Part shown: positions 37,158-47,545 of the stretch, one piece after another
Numbering within the stretch: position 1 is the first letter of the stretch
How the letters are laid out: each line of letters begins with the position of its first letter
Source of the DNA: Sphingobacterium sp.
GTDB lineage: Bacteria > Bacteroidota > Bacteroidia > Sphingobacteriales > Sphingobacteriaceae
Length of the DNA: 64,000 nt
NCBI GenBank assembly: GCA_031277715.1
Contig: JAITLW010000039.1
Coordinates: 605-64,604 of the forward strand
Direction: 5' to 3'
Translations under genes and position numbers: made by a program
The notes under the pieces: generated by a model
Database searches by the model: none
The model's input: the letters and a program-made list of their open reading frames with translations, nothing else
Told to the model about the DNA's origin: nothing

Positions 37158-39068
37158 CTAAATTGTATTATAAATAGAAACATACTCAGCTAGAGATTCC
37201 GGATTACGCATGATATCCGTAGAAACAACTTTACTGACCTCAGTACCCGAAAAAATCTTTTTGATAGGAAGCTCCAGTTTTTTGCCACTCAGTGTATAAG
37301 GTATGTCAGAAACAGAGTAAATGAAATCCGGAACATGCCTTGGACTATACTGTCCCCTCAGAGTCCGTTTTATAGTATCTTTTAGGTCCTCATTAAAATT
37401 GCTTTTATCTTCTGCCTGTACAAACAGCAACATCGACGAAGAACCATTATCATAGTCTATACAAATTACCAAACTATCCTTTATCTGTGGTAAACTATTC
37501 ACTGCATTATAGATTTCCGCTGTACCTATACGCACACCACCTCGATTTAAAGTAGCATCCGATCTACCATAGATTATTACACCTTCATCATTTATCTTTA
37601 TCCAATCGCCATGGCTCCATACTAACGGAAAATGATCGAAATAACTCTCATGATATTTTTTATTTTCCGTATCGTTCCAAAAGTAAAGTGGCATTGACGG
37701 CATAGGTTTACGAATTACCAATTCGCCTACCTCATCATATACAGCTTTCCCTTCATCATTAAAAGCCACAATATCAGCTCCTAGTGCTCGGCACTGTAAC
37801 ATCCCGGCATATACTGGTAGCGTCGGACTACCTGATAAAAAAGCCGAACATACATCAGTACCTCCACTCAATGAAACAATATGTACATCCGGAAATTTAC
37901 GTTGCAGATCTTCAAACGTAGCTATCGGCAAGGGTGATCCCGTAGAGCCAATAACCTTCGGTGCATAATCAGCTATTTCCACTCCCTCTAATGAAGTAAA
38001 ATAAACCGCTCCCGCTCCAAGATGATCTACTTGCGCTCTTTTCAAAAATGTCCAAAAAGTAAGGTGTTTATTATGGTTAATAATACCATCAAACAAGCAA
38101 AGGGTAGCGCCACATAAGAGCGAAGACAGCGCATAATTCCACATCATCCAACCTGTTGTCGTGTACCAAAGAAAATTCTCTCCTTCCTGTACATTTTGAT
38201 GTAATACTAAAGCTTTAAAATGCTCCAAAAGATTTCCTCCCGTACTATGGGTAATAGCCTTAGGCTTACCTGTTGTACCAGAAGAATACAATATCCAAAT
38301 CGGGTGTGAAAAAGGGACACGTACAAAAGTCAGTTGCTTGGGTACATAGTTGAATATAATTTTCTTCCAATCATCTTCATATACCTGCACGACAGCAGAG
38401 AGATCTGTGAGATCGGACTTCAATCGTTCCAATGTTTCCAACTTAGAAAACACCCTTTCATTATACTGGTAAGAAGTCTCTATGAATAATACCTTTGGTT
38501 TTATTTGGGTAAATCGTTCCGAAATACTTACATCGCCAAAGTCAGGAGAGCAACAAGACCATATTGCACCTAATGAATTGACAGCTAGAAAAATAGCGAT
38601 AGACTCGATCGTATTATTCAACACTGCTGCTACACGATCTCCTTTTTCCACACCTTTTTCCACAAGAAACTGTTGAATTCGACTGACCATTTCTGCCAGT
38701 TCTTTCCAAGAAACTTCCTCGTATCCTATTGATTCGCTTGCAAATTTTAGTGCTGGTCTTTCGGTATTCGTTTGTTTGAAAATATGTTCAGCATAACTCA
38801 ATTCTATACCTTCAAACCATTGTGTATCAATGAAATCTGAAGCACTATTATCCCAAGATAATCCTTGATTATAGGTCCCCGAATAAGAGATACGAAAGTA
38901 GGATAGTAAACTGGACCAAAATTCATCTAAATTCTCAATTGACCACTGATGCAATTCGTGATACGAAGAAAATTTTCTTCCTAAATCCGATTCTAAAAAC
39001 TGTTGATAATGGAAAAGTCCAGATTTACTGATATAATCGGACGATGGTGTCCATAAAGCTTTGCTCAT
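37158..39068 (-). CDS. Acetoacetate--CoA ligase
   Basis: YSSGTTGKPK, TTTGWMMWN, SGGTDVCS, GRSDATLNRGGVRIGT, TLSGKK. Confidence 0.95.
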   Translation of the reverse strand: MSKALWTPSSDYISKSGLFHYQQFLESDLGRKFSSYHELHQWSIENLDEFWSSLLSYFRISYSGTYNQGLSWDNSASDFIDTQWFEGIELSYAEHIFKQTNTERPALKFASESIGYEEVSWKELAEMVSRIQQFLVEKGVEKGDRVAAVLNNTIESIAIFLAVNSLGAIWSCCSPDFGDVSISERFTQIKPKVLFIETSYQYNERVFSKLETLERLKSDLTDLSAVVQVYEDDWKKIIFNYVPKQLTFVRVPFSHPIWILYSSGTTGKPKAITHSTGGNLLEHFKALVLHQNVQEGENFLWYTTTGWMMWNYALSSLLCGATLCLFDGIINHNKHLTFWTFLKRAQVDHLGAGAVYFTSLEGVEIADYAPKVIGSTGSPLPIATFEDLQRKFPDVHIVSLSGGTDVCSAFLSGSPTLPVYAGMLQCRALGADIVAFNDEGKAVYDEVGELVIRKPMPSMPLYFWNDTENKKYHESYFDHFPLVWSHGDWIKINDEGVIIYGRSDATLNRGGVRIGTAEIYNAVNSLPQIKDSLVICIDYDNGSSSMLLFVQAEDKSNFNEDLKDTIKRTLRGQYSPRHVPDFIYSVSDIPYTLSGKKLELPIKKIFSGTEVSKVVSTDIMRNPESLAEYVSIYNTI

Positions 39069-39187
39069 ATTGTTTATTTTCGGCTATTATAATTGCAAAA
39101 TTAGCAATTTAAGCAACAAAATAAACAACATTAGTATATATATCGTAATCTAAACGTCCTATTTTTGACTAATTCTTTAAAATAAAA

Positions 39188-40228
39188 TTATTTATTAAAA
39201 GCATTCCATCCTTGAGCCTTTATTTCGTGTACATGTCCCGACTTCGATATCATATCACATCCAGCTGCAGTTTCTGTAATATATCCTATAACCGAGATAT
39301 CTAACTGTCCCTTTATTTTGTCGTAATCAGATTGCGGAACTGTAAATAGGAGCTCATAATCTTCACCACCACTTAGCGCACATACCGTAGGATCCAGCCC
39401 AAACTCTCGAGCAGTCTCATAAGTCATCGGATCAATAGGAATTTTTTCTTCATATAGCTTACATCCTACATTCGAAGCTTTACAAATGTGCAATATTTCA
39501 GACGCCAATCCATCCGATACATCGATCATAGCGTGAGGTTTCACGTGCAACGCATCTAATAATTGAACTACGTCTTTGCGCGCTTCCGGTTTCAACTGTC
39601 GTTCGATAATGTAATCCTTTCCTTCCAGGTCAGGTTGAATATTAGGGTTTTCCAAATAAATCTGCTTTTCACGCTCCAACAACTGTAATCCCACATAAGC
39701 GCCACCTAAATCCCCCGAAACACATATCAAGTCTCCTTCTTTAGCACCTGAGCGATAAGCTATTTCGTTTTCTTCCGCATAACCAATACTAGTTACAGAA
39801 ATTACTAAACCTTGTGCCGAAGCAGAGGTATCACCACCAATCAAGTCAACATTAAACTTTTTACAAGCTATTAAAGCACCTTCATAGATTTCTTCCACGG
39901 CTTCCAACGGAAATTTCGAAGACAATCCGATGGAAAAAGTAATCTGCGAAGCGATACCGTTCATGGCATAAATGTCACTCAAATTGACTTGTACAGCTTT
40001 ATATCCCAAATGCTTTAAGGGAACATAACGCAAATCAAAATGAATTCCTTCGAGCAAAAGATCTGTAGAAATCAACGTTTTCTTATTCGCAAAGTCCAAT
40101 ACAGCTGCGTCATCCCCAATGCCTTTAACTGTTGAAGGCTCCGTTAATTCCACAGCTTGTGTCAGATGTTCGATTAAACCGAACTCTCCCAACTCACTAA
40201 TATTTGTTTTGTCTATATTATCAAACAT
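39188..40228 (-). CDS. thiL: Thiamine-monophosphate kinase
   Basis: GEFGLI, GIGDDAA, NLSDIYAM, DVSDGL, GGEDYELLF. Confidence 0.97.
   Translation of the reverse strand: MFDNIDKTNISELGEFGLIEHLTQAVELTEPSTVKGIGDDAAVLDFANKKTLISTDLLLEGIHFDLRYVPLKHLGYKAVQVNLSDIYAMNGIASQITFSIGLSSKFPLEAVEEIYEGALIACKKFNVDLIGGDTSASAQGLVISVTSIGYAEENEIAYRSGAKEGDLICVSGDLGGAYVGLQLLEREKQIYLENPNIQPDLEGKDYIIERQLKPEARKDVVQLLDALHVKPHAMIDVSDGLASEILHICKASNVGCKLYEEKIPIDPMTYETAREFGLDPTVCALSGGEDYELLFTVPQSDYDKIKGQLDISVIGYITETAAGCDMISKSGHVHEIKAQGWNAFNK
39537..39552. other. Degenerate parS-like site inside thiL
   Basis: GGTTTCACGTGCAACG matches TGTTTCACGTGNAACA except at the two terminal bases. Confidence 0.35.
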
Positions 40229-40258
40229 ATTTTGCTCGTATTTTCTTTTATTTATCTA

Positions 40259-41257
40259 TTACAATCCCAATTGAGCTGATATTTCCAACATCCGCTCGAT
40301 AGGTTTTTGCGCTCTCGCTATAACATTTTCTGGCAAAATAATCTCAGGTTGCCCATAATAGAGACAATTGTACAATTTTTCCAATGTATTTAGCTTCATA
40401 TGTGGGCAGTCATTACATGCACATGCATTGTTTGGAGGAGCCGGAATAAACTTTTTATCTGGACTTGCCTTTTGCATCTGATGTAAAATTCCCGATTCCG
40501 TTGCTACGATATACGTTTGACTGGCATCTTCGATAGTAAATTTTAACATTCCTGACGTAGATCCGATATAATCAGCTTGACTTAGTATGTGCTCCTCACA
40601 CTCTGGATGCGCTATAAACTTGGCTCCAGGATTTTCGTCACGCAATCTTTCAATTTTTTCCTGAGAAAAAATTTCATGGACCATACATGCCCCGTTCCAC
40701 AGTACCAAATCCCTACCAGTTTTCTTCTTTACGTAGTCGCCCAAATTTTTATCCGGACCAAAAATAATCTTTTGGTCACGTGGCAAGCTCTCTACAATTT
40801 GCACCGCATTACTAGAAGTACATACAATATCCGAAAGTGCCTTCAATTCAGCTGTACAATTCACATAGGTAATCACCAGATGATCTGGATATTGCTCTTT
40901 AAATTTAGCAAACAAATGTGGAGGGCAACTATCGGACAGTGAACACCCCGCCTTCAAATCCGGTAACAGAACTTTCTTACTGGGTGACAGTATCTTAGCT
41001 GTCTCCGCCATAAAGTGAACACCTGCAAATACAATCACATCAGCATCTGTCTTAGCAGCTTGTTGTGACAATCCTAAGCTATCCCCGATATAATCTGCTA
41101 AATCCTGTATTTCAGACTCTTGGTAATAATGAGCTAGAATTACAGCATTCTTTTCTTTCTTCAATCGTTTTATTTCATCGACCAAATCAATACTAGGATC
41201 AATAGCAACATCGATAAAGCCTTTGGCTTCTAAGTCTCTCTCAAAAGTAATATTCAT
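40259..41257 (-). CDS. nadA: Quinolinate synthase
   Basis: [37 protein letters not shown]. Confidence 0.98.
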   Translation of the reverse strand: MNITFERDLEAKGFIDVAIDPSIDLVDEIKRLKKEKNAVILAHYYQESEIQDLADYIGDSLGLSQQAAKTDADVIVFAGVHFMAETAKILSPSKKVLLPDLKAGCSLSDSCPPHLFAKFKEQYPDHLVITYVNCTAELKALSDIVCTSSNAVQIVESLPRDQKIIFGPDKNLGDYVKKKTGRDLVLWNGACMVHEIFSQEKIERLRDENPGAKFIAHPECEEHILSQADYIGSTSGMLKFTIEDASQTYIVATESGILHQMQKASPDKKFIPAPPNNACACNDCPHMKLNTLEKLYNCLYYGQPEIILPENVIARAQKPIERMLEISAQLGL

Positions 41258-41340
41258 CTCTCTTCTTTATTTGTCAATCACTGGAACTAAATCAACATCA
41301 CAAAAGTAAACAAAGAAATTCAAACGAAATCCACATTCCT

Positions 41341-41688
41341 TTTTTTCAATAATTAATAATCTATTTTATATAAATCAATCTTATTGTTTATTAGTCTGTG
41401 GAAAATGGGGATAAGTGAGTTGAATTTTATTTTATTTTTGAGATTGAGCTGCTTTATCCACAAGTTATCCACAGAATCGAGTGGTATATAGCTTGATTTT
41501 CAATAGAGTAATTTTCTCGCCTTTATTTTTTCCATATTCAGATGTGAATTGATTTATGTTTACAATTTGTTAATATCTGCTTCATATTTGTAGAATTATT
41601 GGGGCCAAGGTGTGTGTATTTATATGCGATTGTGGAATAATAAAAAGTTTTACAATTTAATTCACTATTTGTTTACACGTTTTCCACA
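41341..41688. other. Probable chromosomal replication origin oriC
   Basis: DnaA boxes TGTGGAAAA 41397-41405, TGGGGATAA 41406-41414, TTATCCACA 41454-41462 and 41465-41473, TTTTCCATA 41528-41536, TGTGGAATA 41631-41639, TTTTCCACA 41680-41688; 41341-41390 has 5 G/C in 50 bp; plus strand looks C/A-rich to the left and G/T-rich to the right; parS pair about 6 kb away. Confidence 0.85.
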
Positions 41689-41738
41689 TATTTTGTTAAT
41701 TTGTTAACGTATAAAGGTTCTAGATTTAAGTTTTTTTT

Positions 41739-43331
41739 ATGTCGGAGAGAAAAGTTGACTTTTTAATAGTAGGCTCAGGTATAGCGGGGTTGAGTTTCGC
41801 ATTGAAGGCAGCTAAGTTAGGTAAAGTATTGATAGTCACTAAGTCTAATGAAGATGAGTCCAATACAAAGTACGCTCAGGGAGGTGTAGCGGTCGTTACA
41901 GATCATACTGATAGCTTCGAAAAACATATACAGGATACCCTAATTGCGGGGGATGGCCTTTGTAATCCACAGGTTGTGGAAAACGTAATCAAAGAGGGGC
42001 CTGCCCGTATAGACGAGCTGATAGCTTATGGGACCTCGTTTGATAGAGAAGATTCAGGTAGTTATGATTTAGCGAAGGAGGGAGGTCATTCTGCGCATAG
42101 AATCCTTCATTATAAGGATATTACAGGCTATGAAATCGAGCGTGCGTTACTTGAGAAGATTCACCAGGAGCCGAATATAGAGATTCTAACACATTATTTT
42201 GCGGTAGATCTCATTACACAGCATCATTTAGGTAAACATGTGGATAAGAAGTCTACAGACACCGCTTGTTACGGTATTTACGCTTTCAACACTTTTACTA
42301 ACAATGTGGAAAAGTTCCTCGCAAAGGTCACCTTAATGGCTACTGGAGGAGCTGGGCACGTTTATTCGAGTACGACAAATCCAACTATTGCTACTGGTGA
42401 TGGCATTGCTATGGTGTATAGGGCGAAGGGAAAGGTTAGGAACATGGAGTTTATACAGTTTCATCCGACAGCTTTATATAACCCGAGTGAATACCCTGCT
42501 TTTTTGATTTCAGAGGCTGTGCGCGGTTTTGGAGGTATCTTAAGAAGATGTAATGGCGAATCCTTTATGGAGGAGTATGACGAGCGTGGTTCGCTTGCTC
42601 CAAGAGATATAGTCGCTCGAGCTATAGATAGCGAAATGAAGCGGTCTGGGCTAGATTATGTTTATTTAGATATTACGCATCGCAATAAGGCTGATTTGCT
42701 TTCACATTTTCCAAATATCTATGAGAAATGTCTTTCGATAGGCTTGGATATGACAAAGGATTTTATACCCGTTACTCCAGCAGCACATTACTTATGTGGA
42801 GGCATACTTGTAGACGAGTTTGGTGCTAGTTCAATAGCCAACCTGTATGCTTGTGGAGAATGTGCATCTACAGGTCTTCATGGAGCTAATAGATTGGCTT
42901 CAAATTCTTTATTAGAGGCTGCTGTGTACGCGCATCGCATATTTTTGGATGCAGAAGCCAAGTTTGCGTCTCTGACTTATCAAGAAGCAGTTCCAGACTG
43001 GGACGATTCGAATACAAAACTTTCCAACGAGGATATTTTGGTTACTCACAATCTGCGGGAGACCCAAAAATTTATGAGTGATTATGTAGGTATCGTTCGT
43101 TCTGATTTTCGTCTTGATCGAGCTATGCGTCGTTTAGGTTTATTGCATGAAGAAACGGAATCTTTTTATAAAAGGACACGTTTATCCGTGAAGCTTTGTG
43201 AGCTTCGGAACGTTATACAAGTGGCTTATTTGGTTGTCAAGTCAGCCATGAATAGAAAAGAGAGTAGGGGATTACATTTTACAACAGATTATCTTCAGCA
43301 TGCAGAGCAGTTGGAAGATACAATTTTATAG
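41739..43331 (+). CDS. nadB: L-aspartate oxidase
   Basis: GSGIAGL, YAQGGVA, EGGHS, QFHPT, HGANRLASNSLLE, ESRGLH. Confidence 0.98.
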   Translation: MSERKVDFLIVGSGIAGLSFALKAAKLGKVLIVTKSNEDESNTKYAQGGVAVVTDHTDSFEKHIQDTLIAGDGLCNPQVVENVIKEGPARIDELIAYGTSFDREDSGSYDLAKEGGHSAHRILHYKDITGYEIERALLEKIHQEPNIEILTHYFAVDLITQHHLGKHVDKKSTDTACYGIYAFNTFTNNVEKFLAKVTLMATGGAGHVYSSTTNPTIATGDGIAMVYRAKGKVRNMEFIQFHPTALYNPSEYPAFLISEAVRGFGGILRRCNGESFMEEYDERGSLAPRDIVARAIDSEMKRSGLDYVYLDITHRNKADLLSHFPNIYEKCLSIGLDMTKDFIPVTPAAHYLCGGILVDEFGASSIANLYACGECASTGLHGANRLASNSLLEAAVYAHRIFLDAEAKFASLTYQEAVPDWDDSNTKLSNEDILVTHNLRETQKFMSDYVGIVRSDFRLDRAMRRLGLLHEETESFYKRTRLSVKLCELRNVIQVAYLVVKSAMNRKESRGLHFTTDYLQHAEQLEDTIL

Positions 43332-43334
43332 ATT

Positions 43335-43844
43335 ATGGCTACAATTCTCCCAGTTAAAGCGAGTTTTCCATTTATAGGTGATGATACCTATCTTGCGCCT
43401 AATAGTACGATCGTCGGTGACGTAACAGTTGGAAAGAACTGTTCCATATGGTTTAATGCAGTTGTACGCGGAGATGTAAATTATATTAGAATAGGAGATT
43501 ATTCCAATATTCAGGACAATGTGACTATTCACGGTACCTACGAACGCAATGGTACAGACATTGGATCTTACGTTAATGTAGGGCATAACGCGATAGTCCA
43601 TGGTTGTACTATAGATAGCCACGTACTTATCGGCATGGGAGCCATCGTAATGGACCGGGCCCATATACAAAGCAATGTAATCATTGCTGCAGGTGCAGTA
43701 GTGTTAGAAAATACCATCTGTGAGTCAGGTTTTCTTTACGCCGGTGTCCCGGCAAAGAAAGTAAAACCATTGACAGAAGATCAACTATCTCTATTGCAGA
43801 ATCTTCCGCATAATTACGTGATGTATGCCTCTTGGTTTAAGTAA
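43335..43844 (+). CDS. Gamma carbonic anhydrase family protein
   Basis: Hexapeptide repeats; RGDVN, NIQDN..IH, VGHNAIVHGC. Confidence 0.93.
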   Translation: MATILPVKASFPFIGDDTYLAPNSTIVGDVTVGKNCSIWFNAVVRGDVNYIRIGDYSNIQDNVTIHGTYERNGTDIGSYVNVGHNAIVHGCTIDSHVLIGMGAIVMDRAHIQSNVIIAAGAVVLENTICESGFLYAGVPAKKVKPLTEDQLSLLQNLPHNYVMYASWFK

Positions 43845-43868
43845 TAAAGGGGCTTTATAAAACTAGTT

Positions 43869-45548
43869 TTATTCAAATTTTAGCACTACATTTTCGTTCT
43901 GCTCCCAGTTTGCACGTATTGTAAATGATTTGTCTAAGTACCAGATGGGCTCAGCCTGTATTTTGTTATATACATCAGCACCATCCCATCGTTGGTTTTT
44001 ATTTAAGTCCTTTATGACACGTAATATATATTTCCCTCCTGGATACTTTAGGTAAGCGACTTCGTCCACATTGACAATTATTCTACTGTCAAATATTTTT
44101 TCTCTTTTTTCATCGGTAAGCTGTACAATGTATTGTATATCAGGCTCTATACCATTTATTTTGAATTTTATATCCCCATAGTTTTCTGATTCATCCAAAG
44201 TAAATTTAGTTTTAAACTCTTTGTTAAAATCATCAAAGGGGCTTAAAATAGCCTTTTCTTCCAATACCAGTTCATAATTTTTATTGGCTTTCCAATTGTA
44301 GCGGATATGATATAGATTCTGGTTAAGACTATCCTGTTGCAGTTGGAAGTTACGTCTGGAGGTACTATCTTCCATGAGTATAACCTTGGCTTTATCTATA
44401 TTTTTAATAGGAAAGAGACTCGTTATTGTAAGATGTTTGATCTTGTCAACCTTACTTCCTATATTGATAATAGGCTCTATAAATCGTTCGTATTTTTCAT
44501 TTTTTGATCTTCTTAAGAGAATCGTATCCAGTACTTTTTCTTTATCACTTAACTCGAATTTTATAGAATCAAAGTCCATATTTTTAAGGAATATGAAAGA
44601 GGAATCACTGTAATTCGAAAATCGGATTTGTTGATCAGCGATAGGTATATTAGGTTCCATTATTCTGATACTTGCCGAATCAATAGGCTGATTGAAAGTC
44701 AGCAATATCCTGCTATTCTTTTCTATTTTCTTTTCAATCGTTCTGAATTTGGTCGGTTTTCCCACGGAGTACTCTATTTTTATGTTTTCTACATCTTTGT
44801 TGAGTACTATGCTATCTCCTATAAATCCAATGGCCTCTTCCGGATTGTTGTATATTCTGTCGTTGTTTTGCTCTTTTAAAGCATATATACGATAGGTATC
44901 CTCCCTCAGATTTCTAAAAGTGAAGTTTCCTGAAGAATCTACTATTGTGAATATATTTGCTTTTCGTTTTCCAAATATAGAATCCTGGCGGGTAGGGATG
45001 AGCAGTACTTTTACGTCTTTATCTATTTTTTCGTCAAATACCTTAGTATACGCGTTTTTTACTGATCCTGTTATTTTTAAAGAATCAAGTTCAGGGCCTG
45101 TCGAGAAAACATAGGTGTAGTTTACAATAGGATTTCCTTCATTGTAATCTACTAGACCTTTACCAAAGTTGATAGTATAGGTTGTGTTCTTTTCAAGTGA
45201 GTCGGGTAGAAGTATATGTAGGTTTTTTTTCTTCACTTTATATTCAGGTTGCTTGTCCGCGTCTGGGGATATGCTGAATTCTTTAAACTGGTTGTTCAGT
45301 TTGATATATTCATCCATTGTCAGAACGATTTCTTTAGCGGCGAAATTTCTGGTGAAGTTTGCTGGCGATTCATTTAGAATTTTTGGTGGAAGCGAATCTT
45401 TTGGTCCACCAGTAGGCCGTTGCATGTTTGCACAGCGAAAAAATGTGAGCGATATAAGGGATATAAAGCCTATTATTATCAATTTTTGGATTAAACGTGT
45501 TTTAAGGCGTTCTGACGCAATATTATCTTTAGTGGACTCCAGTATCAT
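43869..45548 (-). CDS. Ig-like (Big_5) domain lipoprotein
   Basis: CANMQRPTGGPKDSLPP signature, NTTYTINFG, DLNKNQRWD; the start may be downstream. Confidence 0.82.
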   Translation of the reverse strand: MILESTKDNIASERLKTRLIQKLIIIGFISLISLTFFRCANMQRPTGGPKDSLPPKILNESPANFTRNFAAKEIVLTMDEYIKLNNQFKEFSISPDADKQPEYKVKKKNLHILLPDSLEKNTTYTINFGKGLVDYNEGNPIVNYTYVFSTGPELDSLKITGSVKNAYTKVFDEKIDKDVKVLLIPTRQDSIFGKRKANIFTIVDSSGNFTFRNLREDTYRIYALKEQNNDRIYNNPEEAIGFIGDSIVLNKDVENIKIEYSVGKPTKFRTIEKKIEKNSRILLTFNQPIDSASIRIMEPNIPIADQQIRFSNYSDSSFIFLKNMDFDSIKFELSDKEKVLDTILLRRSKNEKYERFIEPIINIGSKVDKIKHLTITSLFPIKNIDKAKVILMEDSTSRRNFQLQQDSLNQNLYHIRYNWKANKNYELVLEEKAILSPFDDFNKEFKTKFTLDESENYGDIKFKINGIEPDIQYIVQLTDEKREKIFDSRIIVNVDEVAYLKYPGGKYILRVIKDLNKNQRWDGADVYNKIQAEPIWYLDKSFTIRANWEQNENVVLKFE

Positions 45549-45624
45549 AAATTTATAGATAATCTCTTATATCGCTTTATTTTAAGTCGATTTTATATTA
45601 TATAACCTATTGATATATAGTTAA

Positions 45625-47484
45625 TTAACTCATATGAACCATTAAAACGCTAATATCCGAAGGTGACACCCCAGATATTCGCGAAGCTTGTCCAAGTGTT
45701 CTAGGTTTTACCTTGAGTAACTTTTCACGTGCTTCTATCGATAGCGAAGTTAATGAAGAATAATCAAAATTAGGATTAATTTCTTTATCCTCCATTTTTT
45801 TCATCTTATTTACGATCTCTATTTCTTTTTCGAAGTAGCTATCGTATTTTACTTTTATTTCTGCCTGCTCGATAGTTTCTTTATCGTGTTGTTGCAACAG
45901 CGCGTCAAAGTCTGCATTTGCTTCCGCTATATGTTGGATATTAATTTGCGGACGCGTAAGTACAGCAAACATTTTACTTTTCTGATTCAACGGACTTGAA
46001 TTTTCTCGCGTTAATATTCCATTCATTTCTTCTGGACTTACCGCGGCTTGCTTCATATAGTTTACGAGCTTATCGGAGTTGTCTATTTTCTCCTGTACTT
46101 TTTGTAGTCTTTCATCAGAGACGAGTCCTAGTTTATGCGCGATAGGAGTGAGCCTGATGTCCGCATTATCTTGTCTCAGCAATAAGCGGTGTTCAGCTCG
46201 GGAGGTAAACATACGGTACGGTTCTTCGGTACCTTTTGTTACTAGGTCGTCTATTAGTACACCTATATAGGATTCTGATCTTTTTAGAATAAGCTCATGA
46301 AGATCATTTATCTTTTGGTGAGCATTTACTCCCGCGACAAAACCTTGGGCTCCGGCTTCTTCGTAACCTGTTGTTCCGTTTATTTGTCCTGCGAAGAACA
46401 AATTTTTCACCTTCAATGTCTCTAGGGTTAGATCCAATTGCATAGGAGGGAAGTAGTCATATTCTATGGCATATCCGGGTCTGTACATTTTTGCATTTTC
46501 AAAACCAGGTATTAGTCGTAATGCTTTTTGCTGTACATCCTCTGGTAGTGAAGTTGAAAAACCGTTTACATATATCTCGACAGTTTGAAATCCTTCTGGC
46601 TCTACAAAAATTTGGTGTCTATCCCGTTCTGCAAATCTGTTTATTTTATCTTCTATGGAAGGACAGTATCTTGGTCCTAGACCTTTGATTCTACCGGTAA
46701 ACATCGGGGATTTTTCGAAACCGGTTTTCAGTATTTCGTGTACCTTGTCGTTCGTGTAGGTTATCCAGCAGCAACGTTGTTCTGTAGGTAATGGAACATC
46801 TGTAAACGAAAAGCGTCCTTTTTCTTCATCGCCCCATTGTTCTTCCATGAGTGCATAGTTTAAACTTCTTCCATCGATGCGTGGGGGAGTCCCTGTTTTC
46901 ATTCTTCCTGATTCGAATCCTAGAGAGACAAGTTGTTCTGTTAGCCCTGTCGCAGATTTTTCTCCGGTACGCCCACCACCAAATTTTTTATCACCAATAT
47001 GTATTAGGCCATTCAAAAAAGTACCATTTGTTAGTATGACAGCATCCGCTTCTATACGTATACCTAGAGAAGTTATCACCCCTTTTGCAGTGCCATTTTC
47101 TACAATTACTTCTTTAACGGTATCCTGCCACATATCCAGATTTGGAATTGCTTCGAGTTGTAATCTCCATTCCTCTGCAAAACGCATACGGTCATTTTGC
47201 GTCCTTGGGCTCCACATTGCTGGTCCTTTGGATTTGTTTAACATCCGGAATTGAATCGTAGATTTATCAGCGATGATCCCTGTGTATCCACCCATAGCAT
47301 CTATTTCTCTTACGATTTGACCTTTTGCTACTCCACCTATTGCAGGATTACAACTCATTTGAGCTATCACACCCATATTCATGGTTATTAGTAGGGTAGA
47401 GGATCCAAGATTTGCTGCTGCCGCTGCTGCTTCGCACCCTGCGTGGCCAGCGCCTACAACGATTACGTTATATTTATTAAACAT
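45625..47484 (-). CDS. mnmG: tRNA uridine-5-carboxymethylaminomethyl modification enzyme MnmG (GidA)
   Basis: [49 protein letters not shown]. Confidence 0.99.
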   Translation of the reverse strand: MFNKYNVIVVGAGHAGCEAAAAAANLGSSTLLITMNMGVIAQMSCNPAIGGVAKGQIVREIDAMGGYTGIIADKSTIQFRMLNKSKGPAMWSPRTQNDRMRFAEEWRLQLEAIPNLDMWQDTVKEVIVENGTAKGVITSLGIRIEADAVILTNGTFLNGLIHIGDKKFGGGRTGEKSATGLTEQLVSLGFESGRMKTGTPPRIDGRSLNYALMEEQWGDEEKGRFSFTDVPLPTEQRCCWITYTNDKVHEILKTGFEKSPMFTGRIKGLGPRYCPSIEDKINRFAERDRHQIFVEPEGFQTVEIYVNGFSTSLPEDVQQKALRLIPGFENAKMYRPGYAIEYDYFPPMQLDLTLETLKVKNLFFAGQINGTTGYEEAGAQGFVAGVNAHQKINDLHELILKRSESYIGVLIDDLVTKGTEEPYRMFTSRAEHRLLLRQDNADIRLTPIAHKLGLVSDERLQKVQEKIDNSDKLVNYMKQAAVSPEEMNGILTRENSSPLNQKSKMFAVLTRPQINIQHIAEANADFDALLQQHDKETIEQAEIKVKYDSYFEKEIEIVNKMKKMEDKEINPNFDYSSLTSLSIEAREKLLKVKPRTLGQASRISGVSPSDISVLMVHMS

Positions 47485-47496
47485 ATTAGTAAGTAA

Positions 47497-47512
47497 TGTT
47501 TCACGTGGAACA
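47497..47512. other. parS centromere site
   Basis: TGTTTCACGTGGAACA, canonical parS. Confidence 0.93.
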
Positions 47513-47527
47513 GGTGTTTATTTTTTA

Positions 47528-47543
47528 TGTTCCACGTGAAACA
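47528..47543. other. parS centromere site
   Basis: TGTTCCACGTGAAACA, exact reverse complement of the neighbouring site. Confidence 0.93.
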
Positions 47544-47545
47544 GT

